This document shows, piece by piece, positions 1 through 6,639 of a stretch of 28,638 nt of DNA. The notes under the pieces were generated by a model that was given only the letters and a program-made list of their open reading frames with translations, was not told the DNA's origin and did not search any database. The stretch's first letter is position 1. Every line of letters begins with the position of its first letter. The translations under genes and the position numbers were made by a program. This DNA comes from a virus (taxonomy: Duplodnaviria; Caudoviricetes), in the IMG/VR virus record IMGVR_UViG_3300035164_000372, positions 1 to 28,638 of that record. One strand, given 5' to 3'.

Positions 1-1347
1 CCATTTTTTGAGTAACATTTCTTTCAGCTGCGACGACTCTTCTGTGACCAGCGAACCCATAAAATCCGGGAGTCGGTCCGTGCCATCCCAAGGCTCACTG
101 TCGATCCATTCTTTCACCGGATTGTATTCTCTGGCCAACACCTTGAGGTAATCTCTAACTTTAGTATGTGGGATCCCCATGTTGATACAGCGATCTTCGA
201 TCTCAATCAAGCTGGCTTCCTCGTGCATGTCCATAATAAAGGTCATGTCCGGGATGTCGATCTCCATCTTTTTTTTAATTACGTTGTAGCGCACATCCAC
301 GTCATGCACTTTCAGTACGCCAGCAACGTTGTCTTTCGTGTTCAAGAAACGTCCGTTTGCATTGCGCTGAAAATCGTACTCAACAGGCACGCTAATATTT
401 TGCAAAATGACTTCGCCCTCCAGCGCTTCCTCATTAGCATGGTCATTGTAATCGCCTTTAGTTTCTGGCATTTGCACCTCAGCATAGCCACCACTTTTCT
501 GTATGAAGGCCGCGGCTTTTTTGGCTTCGAGTTCACCGGTTTTACTATCATCATTATCGGCTACAAAGACGTGCTTATGGTCCGGAAAATACTTATACAT
601 GACCTCTGCTACCTTGATTAAATTATAGGCGTCAAACGCGACGACAACGGGCTGAGAGCGGTCAGCGTATATAGAAGCAGCGGTGGCGTAACCCTCCGCA
701 TAATTTAAACTGTCGCTACTATTGAAGATCTCTCTACCGAGTAGAAAAAAGCTACCGCTTTTTTTAGAACCAGTGAGGAAACGTTTTTCTCCCTCGTCAC
801 TAATATATTGCAAACCAACTATTGTGCCTTGACCATCTTTCAAAGGTATCACCAAATTATCATGTTTGTCTTTACGTAGGCCATACGAAAGCACTTGTTT
901 CTTTTCCAGGTACGGATGTTTTTCTACCGGTTCGCATTGGTCCCAGATAGATTGAGATCGCACGGCTGCTTGAGTGTACTTCTCCTGGCTTTTTACTTCT
1001 GCCTTACGTCGGAGCTCTTCGATCTCGGCCTTCTGGGCCTTGGTCAATTTGTACTGTCCGCTGTTTTCTGGTTTCCAGGTCGCCGTGGGTTGATCCGCAC
1101 TGTAACGATAATCGCCGATGCGGCCAAATGGGGAAGATTGATCTAACCACGCTTGATACCAACCCACGAGCTTCCTCTGATTGCCGATGTTGATGTACGC
1201 CCGACCGACGGAGCCATCGACTACCAAACCTTTTTTCGGATCCGGTTCATAACCATTACTGGCTAAGAAATCTCTAAATTGTGAAATGTAATCTTTGGTG
1301 AAGGGTTTGCTTTTATTTTTATTCGGTCCGGTTATTTTTAATGACAT
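1..1347 (-). CDS. Toprim (TraC/P4 alpha-like) primase fused to VapE/VirE-like helicase domain; 3' end outside window
   Basis: Manual translation from ATG at 1347 is open to base 1 (449 codons): MSLKITGPNK...HPYLEKKQV...LVIPLKD...GLQYISDEGEKRFLTGSKKSG...YAEGYATAASI...VVAFDAYNL...FVADNDD...GDYND (Toprim motifs), then YNPVKEWIDSEPWDGTDRL (VapE-like). AGGA upstream. Not in the ORF track. Confidence 0.85.
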   Translation of the reverse strand, partial: MSLKITGPNKNKSKPFTKDYISQFRDFLASNGYEPDPKKGLVVDGSVGRAYINIGNQRKLVGWYQAWLDQSSPFGRIGDYRYSADQPTATWKPENSGQYKLTKAQKAEIEELRRKAEVKSQEKYTQAAVRSQSIWDQCEPVEKHPYLEKKQVLSYGLRKDKHDNLVIPLKDGQGTIVGLQYISDEGEKRFLTGSKKSGSFFLLGREIFNSSDSLNYAEGYATAASIYADRSQPVVVAFDAYNLIKVAEVMYKYFPDHKHVFVADNDDSKTGELEAKKAAAFIQKSGGYAEVQMPETKGDYNDHANEEALEGEVILQNISVPVEYDFQRNANGRFLNTKDNVAGVLKVHDVDVRYNVIKKKMEIDIPDMTFIMDMHEEASLIEIEDRCINMGIPHTKVRDYLKVLAREYNPVKEWIDSEPWDGTDRLPDFMGSLVTEESSQLKEMLLKKW

Positions 1348-1375
1348 CAATCATTCCTATTCTTTTCTGATTTAC

Positions 1376-1404
1376 TTGCTTTGCAAAAGTCTATAAGATA
1401 TTAT
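1376..1404 (+). promoter_or_regulatory. Sigma70-like promoter for the replication operon
   Basis: TTGCTT (1376-1381), 17 nt spacer, TATTAT (1399-1404); AAGGAG RBS before ATG 1450. Confidence 0.55.
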
Positions 1405-1449
1405 CCAAGTTTATTAGAATTTGCAAACACATTAAGGAGCTAAACAAAA

Positions 1450-2211
1450 ATGAGTTTAACAATCACTGACAAAGGGGGAAGTGCTGACTTCCCAAAACTT
1501 GAAAAAGGGATCTACGAGGGCACATTGTATTCCATCGTTGATCTAGGAACCAGGCTTGAAGCTTTTGGTAATGACGAACCAAAACCTAAACACCAGGTAA
1601 CGCTGGCTTTTGAAATTACCGCAGCGGTAAGACCTGAAAATAATCAAACCCTCATGGAAGACGGCCGACCTTTTGCGGTTTCAAAAAAATACACTCTGTC
1701 TTTACATGAAAAAGCGGCCTTACGTTTGGACGTTGAATCCTGGCGCGGCATGAGCTTATCGGATGAAGAGCTCAGAGGTTTTGATTTAGTAGGTTTATTA
1801 GGCATGACTGCAAAAATAGAAGTGGGTCACACGAACCCAATGCCAGACGGCACCGGCGGCGGTAATCCAAAAATAATTGCCTTACGTGAACCAGCGGGTG
1901 GCAGTCAAAAGGTCCCGACTAAGAACGAACAAAAAGCTTTTGATTTAGAAATATATTGTGAAGAGTTCAATGGCAACTCCTCACCAAAAACTAAGGCCAT
2001 GTGTGATGTGTTTGACAGTTTGCCCGAATGGCAACAAAAACAGATACAGGAAAGTTTCGAATATTTAGCAGCTAACGACGGCGAGCCCGTGCAAAATACA
2101 ACAGCTGCGACCCATGAAGATTTAGGCAGACTTTCCGAGACAGCTGTGGCAGCTCCAGAAGTACAGACACCACAGCGAAAGAAGTTCGAAGACGACGAGA
2201 TTCCTTTTTGA
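1450..2211 (+). CDS. Phage single-stranded DNA-binding/replication protein
   Basis: 253 aa, beta-rich N-terminus (GIYEGTLYSIVDLG, SKKYTLSLHEKAALR) and acidic SSB-type C-terminal tail FEDDEIPF; strong RBS. Confidence 0.7.
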   Translation: MSLTITDKGGSADFPKLEKGIYEGTLYSIVDLGTRLEAFGNDEPKPKHQVTLAFEITAAVRPENNQTLMEDGRPFAVSKKYTLSLHEKAALRLDVESWRGMSLSDEELRGFDLVGLLGMTAKIEVGHTNPMPDGTGGGNPKIIALREPAGGSQKVPTKNEQKAFDLEIYCEEFNGNSSPKTKAMCDVFDSLPEWQQKQIQESFEYLAANDGEPVQNTTAATHEDLGRLSETAVAAPEVQTPQRKKFEDDEIPF

Positions 2212-2218
2212 TTTCACC

Positions 2219-2271
2219 GGTGGGCGGCCCTTCTCCATTTGTCTCACAACCAAGGTCTAAGGCTGCTCACC
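2219..2271 (+). ncRNA. Putative structured RNA hairpin between the SSB-like and DUF6378-like genes
   Basis: GGTGGGCGGCC(C)TT pairs with AAGGCTGCTCACC (13 bp, two G-U pairs that only form on the + strand transcript); about 26 nt loop. Confidence 0.5.
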
Positions 2272-2282
2272 ACCCAGTAGGT

Positions 2283-2564
2283 ATGTATTTAGAAAAAGCA
2301 CAACAGATAGCAGATCTCCTAGATCAAAAGGGCGCAGACTATGCCACCCCCGATAAATTTTTTATACAGCTGGCTAACGCCTGGAGCGGCCTCCTGGGCG
2401 TAAAACTAACGCCATCGCAATGTTGTTCAATGATGATAGTTTTTAAGGCCTGTCGCATGGTAGCTAACCCTAAGCATGAAGACAGCGCCGACGACCTCGT
2501 TGGCTACTCATTGATTTGTACGGAGCTGGCCAAGTTACAAAGAGAACATGAGCAACCAGATTAA
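2283..2564 (+). CDS. DUF6378-like all-helical protein (possible nucleotide pyrophosphohydrolase-like fold)
   Basis: Pattern KGADYATP..F..LANAWSGLLG..LT...CSMMIVFKACR.....HEDSADDLVGYS; likely start ATG 2283 (AGGT upstream) rather than 2208. Confidence 0.65.
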   Translation: MYLEKAQQIADLLDQKGADYATPDKFFIQLANAWSGLLGVKLTPSQCCSMMIVFKACRMVANPKHEDSADDLVGYSLICTELAKLQREHEQPD

Positions 2565-3258
2565 CTACGAAGTTCACACGCTCCCAGCTGCTTTAATGAT
2601 TGGACACCAGTTGACCGACCAGGTAGTGACCACTCTCAACGATTACCTGGACGCCTTAAAAAAAAACAAGGAGCGCGTATCAGCGGCCAACAATCTAGTT
2701 GGCCAGATTCACCAAGGCGAGCAACTTGTCATGGATTTTAAGGATGATTCTCTGACACCCTTTGTCAGAATTGTTGAGAGTCTAGCCTCAGCTTATCTTA
2801 GACATTTCGTGGAGCAAACACACTCTCCATTAAGGCCCAAGAAAATATCTATAGATAAGCTGTGGTCCGTGCATAGCTATGAGGGAGATTACAACCCAAT
2901 ACACGATCATCTGACCACAGCGCCCACGGGTTTGTCTTTTACCACTTGGACCATGGTTCCGGAACAAATACGCACCAATCAAAAATCAATCGATTTGTAT
3001 AATAACTCTGGAGCAATAGACGGCTACATAAATTTTACTTACGGCTTGAATCAATTAGGCGATCCGGAGCGACTTAGGCCGTCGCAAGCTCGTTATATAA
3101 AACCCGAACCAGGAAAGCTTTTGTTGTTTCCCTCTTGGATGCAACACTGCGTTTATCCTTTTTTCGGTGAAGGTGAACGTCGCACTGTTGCTGGTAACTT
3201 AAATTGTTTTGATCTCACCGAAGAAGAAATAAAGGAGCTATCTAATGAAAGAATTTAA
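2548..3258 (+). CDS. 2OG-Fe(II) oxygenase, TIGR02466-like family
   Basis: YNPIHDH, PEPGKLLLFPSWMQHCVYPF and RRTVAGN motifs of the DSBH fold. Confidence 0.85.
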   Translation: MSNQINYEVHTLPAALMIGHQLTDQVVTTLNDYLDALKKNKERVSAANNLVGQIHQGEQLVMDFKDDSLTPFVRIVESLASAYLRHFVEQTHSPLRPKKISIDKLWSVHSYEGDYNPIHDHLTTAPTGLSFTTWTMVPEQIRTNQKSIDLYNNSGAIDGYINFTYGLNQLGDPERLRPSQARYIKPEPGKLLLFPSWMQHCVYPFFGEGERRTVAGNLNCFDLTEEEIKELSNERI

Positions 3259-4021
3259 AGTAGGCGTTTACGAGGATCTAAGTTACGAACAATACGCTGA
3301 GATCCCAGCACGCAGATCTCACGATTTAACAGCAGTTATCAAATGTCCTTACACCTGGAAGAACAGAAAAGAGTTAGAACAAACACCAGCCTTATTAGAG
3401 GGACGTGTGCAACACACAGTATTTTTAGAGCATCATAAATTTGCAGAGGAGTTTGTGATCCAACCCGCAGTGGACCGAAGAACCAAAGCTGGTAAAGCAG
3501 ATTACGAAGATTTTTTAGCGTCCGTTGGAAATAGGACACCGATAACACAAGACATGTATGACACTTGTATGCAACGCCGTGAAATAGTTAAGGACTACAT
3601 TCCCAAAACAACCGACAAGGCAGAGCTCACTTTGGTTTTTGAGTGGCATGGAGAGCCATTCAAAGCCAGATTTGATTGGTATGATGGTGAATGTATCTGG
3701 GACCTTAAAACCTGTCGTGACGCCTCACCAAGAGGTTTTAAACAGGCTATCAACGCCTTCAACTATCACATGCAAGCAGCGCTATATATTGACGCTGCTA
3801 GAGCTTTAGGCTTAACAGCTAAGGCCTTTAATTTTCTGGCCCAAGAAAAACAAGATCCGTATCCGTTTGTGATTTATACACTACACCCGGAGGCCATAAA
3901 ATACGCACAGGCCAAAAACCAACAAGCGCTACGTTTGATACAAGAATGTGAGGCCAGCCAAGATTTCAAACCTTACAATTTAGAGGGCATACAAGAAGTA
4001 GGATTGAAGGATCTATACTAA
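3245..4021 (+). CDS. RecE/exonuclease VIII-like PD-(D/E)XK nuclease (DUF3799-like)
   Basis: ALLEGRVQHTVFLE, DRRTKAGK, FKARFDW, IWDLKT and YHMQAALY motifs. Confidence 0.88.
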   Translation: MKEFKVGVYEDLSYEQYAEIPARRSHDLTAVIKCPYTWKNRKELEQTPALLEGRVQHTVFLEHHKFAEEFVIQPAVDRRTKAGKADYEDFLASVGNRTPITQDMYDTCMQRREIVKDYIPKTTDKAELTLVFEWHGEPFKARFDWYDGECIWDLKTCRDASPRGFKQAINAFNYHMQAALYIDAARALGLTAKAFNFLAQEKQDPYPFVIYTLHPEAIKYAQAKNQQALRLIQECEASQDFKPYNLEGIQEVGLKDLY

Positions 4022-4051
4022 AAAAAAAGGAGGCTTTCGCCTCCTCTTTTT
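4020..4051. terminator. Bidirectional intrinsic terminator
   Basis: A-run, AGGAGGC-TTTC-GCCTCCT stem-loop (4028-4045), T-run; lies between convergent genes. Confidence 0.88.
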
Positions 4052-4063
4052 CTTGTTAATATT

Positions 4064-4348
4064 TTAGAAACCAGCCATCAAAGTTCCTGAATCATAAGGC
4101 TCCCAATACCAACCCTCATATTGGCTTAAGACTTTTTCTATGATGGGATGGACTTGCTGGTCACACTCGTTGTATGTGTCGTAGATCGGCAAACCATCTG
4201 AGGCAATCTCTTCACTACCTGTAAACCAAATTCCGATTCTTTCATCATCATCATAAAATTTTGAAACAGGCACTGCACCACACTCAGGTAACAACTTATT
4301 AAGTTTCTTAATAATATTTGTTTCTTCTCTTTTAAATGATCTTCTCAT
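4064..4348 (-). CDS. Hypothetical phage protein (cassette A)
   Basis: 94 aa, ATGA overlap with the upstream gene, GAGGTG RBS. Confidence 0.8.
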   Translation of the reverse strand: MRRSFKREETNIIKKLNKLLPECGAVPVSKFYDDDERIGIWFTGSEEIASDGLPIYDTYNECDQQVHPIIEKVLSQYEGWYWEPYDSGTLMAGF

Positions 4349-4626
4349 TTTACACCTCTTCTTTTGTTAATAATTTTATCGTGATATTCGGAGAAATTTT
4401 GTGAATCATCGAGCATGAATTCAAAAAATTTATCTTTTATATCTGGATTCAAATTCTGATAAAAATAATCTAAATTATCTTCATCCACATATTCTGTAAC
4501 AAGGTCGTAACATCCTCTGCAAACAACCCCGCCTTCAACACCTTTATCGCAAGCGCCACAACAAGAAGAAAATTGTCTTTTGTATTCACCACTTGGTAAA
4601 GGTCTTTCTAAAATTATTGCCATCAA
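4345..4626 (-). CDS. Hypothetical protein with putative Cys4 zinc ribbon (cassette A)
   Basis: SSCCGAC...VCRGCYD; start coupled to the upstream stop; GGAGGTGG RBS. Confidence 0.78.
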   Translation of the reverse strand: MMAIILERPLPSGEYKRQFSSCCGACDKGVEGGVVCRGCYDLVTEYVDEDNLDYFYQNLNPDIKDKFFEFMLDDSQNFSEYHDKIINKRRGVK

Positions 4627-5081
4627 GCCACCTCCTTAACTAAATCTTTAACCTCATCCCAAGCAACAAAGTCGTCTCTTCCGTAGAGCAAGTCGCCCGC
4701 TAATCTTTTGTATTCCCAGTCGGGGTTTTGGGAGTAACCTAAATTGACCTTGCCTCTGACAAACTCTTCAAGTTTTTCTAAGGCCTTGTCTTGTACTTCC
4801 CAAGCGTACTCAACGAACAAGTATTTAGTTTGTGGTATGTTCTCTATAACGTTGTTATATTCGTAAATGTCTTCCATACCATTGAAATTACCATATTTAT
4901 ATTTAGCCAACTCATCTTTTAAAGTCTCGTAAACAGCTGGATCAAGTATCTCTTTGATCTCAACACGCACGCTACTACCCCCGCTGAATAGTTCGGACCT
5001 TACGCTAGCCTTGATATTCATGTCTTTTAAGAGCTTTCTTATCTCAGCTGCGCACTTAGCTACTATACTTTTATAAGCCAT
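4623..5081 (-). CDS. LPD29-like (large polyvalent protein-associated domain) protein (cassette A)
   Basis: ASVRSELFSGGSSVRV and YKYGNFNGMEDIYEY motifs; start ATG 5081 follows GGAGG; the ORF-track extension to 5165 overlaps the promoter. Confidence 0.7.
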   Translation of the reverse strand: MAYKSIVAKCAAEIRKLLKDMNIKASVRSELFSGGSSVRVEIKEILDPAVYETLKDELAKYKYGNFNGMEDIYEYNNVIENIPQTKYLFVEYAWEVQDKALEKLEEFVRGKVNLGYSQNPDWEYKRLAGDLLYGRDDFVAWDEVKDLVKEVA

Positions 5082-5165
5082 TTTTCCTCCTTTTTTTTGA
5101 TTAATTAAATGTCTCACATAGTTATAATACCAGATGTGCAAATTTTTGCAACTATTTGCAAACAT
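5081..5165 (-). promoter_or_regulatory. Cassette promoter/leader, copy 1
   Basis: TTGCAA-16 nt-TATTAT with TG extension, leader TGTGAGACATTTAATTAATCAAA, GGAGG RBS; 63/80 identical to 25131-25210. Confidence 0.8.
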
Positions 5166-5174
5166 TATTTTTAA

Positions 5175-5891
5175 TTAATTTTGAGAGGCTTCGTACAAAT
5201 TTAAGGTGCGGTTTTTGTCATATAACCAGAAAACCAAAAGGTATCTGTCCCCGGAGTCCACAGGCAAACCCTTATGTAAATGAGTGAAGCTAGGAAAAAT
5301 CAAAGCGTGGCCAGTAGGTAAGGGAGCAACCTCGCCATAACTGTGAAAAGCTGTACCGCCACCTTTATATTTACCTGTGTTCAATGGGACCACCACCGAT
5401 ATATCTGCGCTTTCATCGTGATGCCAAAAGCCTTGTTTTTTGTCCACTAAATTATAGTTAGCAATTTGTATCGACGCTGGGTCCTTACAATCCCTTTGCC
5501 AAATAGCATTAAATATAGGATTCAAAACTGTTTGCACTACAAACCACATGCTGCGATAAAGCTCCGGCACATGTTCACGCAAAACAATTTCAGGGATCTG
5601 TCTAAGTTCATCTTCATCTGTGTTAGGCTCGAATCCTATCTCTCTTTGCATGTGCTCGATTTCTTTTAATAACATCTTGCAAAATTTTCTACGAAATAAA
5701 GGAACACGATAAATATCAGGATGGATTTTTTTTATTACATTATGCACAGCCGTTTTATCCATGTCGTTCAAACCGCGGTTTGCTTTGAATCTAATTATTT
5801 CAGGCACTGAATCTTGCACTGCCTGGTACGTTGTATGATTTATCATCCAATGTGATTGCATGCTTAACAGGTAATTTTTAAGTTGGTACAT
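5175..5891 (-). CDS. 2OG-Fe(II) dioxygenase, lysyl hydroxylase (PLOD)/OGFOD2-like
   Basis: PDIYRVPLF..KFC..LLKEIEH, WHHDES (HxD), YKGGGTAF, GHALIFP, THLHKGLPVDSGDRYLLVFW. Confidence 0.85.
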   Translation of the reverse strand: MYQLKNYLLSMQSHWMINHTTYQAVQDSVPEIIRFKANRGLNDMDKTAVHNVIKKIHPDIYRVPLFRRKFCKMLLKEIEHMQREIGFEPNTDEDELRQIPEIVLREHVPELYRSMWFVVQTVLNPIFNAIWQRDCKDPASIQIANYNLVDKKQGFWHHDESADISVVVPLNTGKYKGGGTAFHSYGEVAPLPTGHALIFPSFTHLHKGLPVDSGDRYLLVFWLYDKNRTLNLYEASQN

Positions 5892-5962
5892 GGCCCCGAT
5901 TATAACAGATACAGGTCAATATTTATTTGTATATTTCTCCAAACTTTTATAGAATGGAGCAA
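5892..5962. promoter_or_regulatory. Back-to-back promoters, both apparently leaderless
   Basis: Minus: TGtTATAAT (5907-5899), 7 nt from ATG 5891. Plus: TTGTAT (5927-5932), 17 nt, TAGAAT (5950-5955), 7 nt from ATG 5963. Confidence 0.6.
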
Positions 5963-6163
5963 ATGATTACAGAATCTAGTACAAAACAGACAAAAAAAGA
6001 TGGCAAAGAAATCAGGAAGAGTCTTGCTGTAGATCCGGCTACTTATGATCTTTTGCAAGAAATTTGCACTATGGAACATAGATCCAAAATAGACCAGCTG
6101 AAAGTTTTGATTCAAAAAGAACACAAAAGACTTACTAATGAGCAAGAGGCCGAAGTTGTTTAA
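5963..6163 (+). CDS. Putative ribbon-helix-helix DNA-binding protein
   Basis: RKSLAVDPATYDLLQEICTMEHRSKIDQLKVLIQKE fits the strand-helix-helix pattern of the Arc/CopG type; start placed at ATG 5963. Confidence 0.65.
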   Translation: MITESSTKQTKKDGKEIRKSLAVDPATYDLLQEICTMEHRSKIDQLKVLIQKEHKRLTNEQEAEVV

Positions 6164-6383
6164 TAAAATTAAAACCAAGGAAAAGTCGGTCCCTCAATCT
6201 TACAAACCAGTATTAGAAGCTCAGGAAGTCATTGATTTATTTAGCCGTTTAACACTACATCAACAAGCTGCGCTTATGAGGCTCATATCGCGTAATCTAG
6301 AGATAAATGTAGGTGGAGATACCTATATGGGTTATGAGCTCGATTATGACGTCATAGGGGCTATAATTAGCGCTCACGAATAA
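6138..6383 (+). CDS. Hypothetical protein
   Basis: 81 aa ORF overlapping the RHH gene and filling the gap before the convergent HNH gene. Confidence 0.7.
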   Translation: MSKRPKLFNKIKTKEKSVPQSYKPVLEAQEVIDLFSRLTLHQQAALMRLISRNLEINVGGDTYMGYELDYDVIGAIISAHE

Positions 6384-6386
6384 AAC

Positions 6387-6638
6387 CTAAACTCTTTTCT
6401 TTCCAGCAGTGGCGGTCCTAGCAAAAGATCTATTTTTGTTTTTAATTAAAAGTTTTAAATTACTTTTTTTGTTGTTCATGGGATTGCCATCTTTATGATG
6501 TACGTCTTTCCCATCCCCTTTTTTAGCCTTGCCCAGTTTCATTAATAAACGCCTGGCTTTATTACGAGAGGATCTCTTTTTTATTTGCTCCGGGCGTGAA
6601 TGATAGTTTTTGTATTCTTTAGCGTAATCTCTAGCCAC
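6387..6638 (-). CDS. Small HNH endonuclease-like protein
   Basis: DGKDVHHKDGNPMNNKKSNL...KNRS motif; GTG start right after the upstream stop. Confidence 0.82.
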   Translation of the reverse strand: MARDYAKEYKNYHSRPEQIKKRSSRNKARRLLMKLGKAKKGDGKDVHHKDGNPMNNKKSNLKLLIKNKNRSFARTATAGKKRV

Positions 6639-6639
6639 A

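Noticed and set aside
166-1146. ORF-track entries 166-621(+), 342-554(-) and 895-1146(+)
   Set aside because: Shadow frames of the primase-helicase gene on the minus strand
2208-2282. N-terminal extension of the 2208-2564 ORF
   Set aside because: Lies in the RNA hairpin; the family-like sequence and an RBS-like AGGT begin at ATG 2283
2212-2282. Intergenic hairpin as tRNA, terminator or third cassette promoter
   Set aside because: No cloverleaf or T-loop, no U-tract, and no -10/-35 next to the GTCTCACA match
5082-5165. N-terminal extension of the 4623-5165 ORF
   Set aside because: Overlaps the conserved promoter; GGAGG points to ATG 5081
5900-6178. Minus-strand 92-aa hydrophobic ORF as a possible holin
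   Set aside because: Antisense to the A-rich RHH gene, which explains the Phe/Leu bias; no RBS
6387-6638. HNH gene as an intron-borne homing endonuclease
   Set aside because: Free-standing, very short, no interrupted gene or intron structure around it
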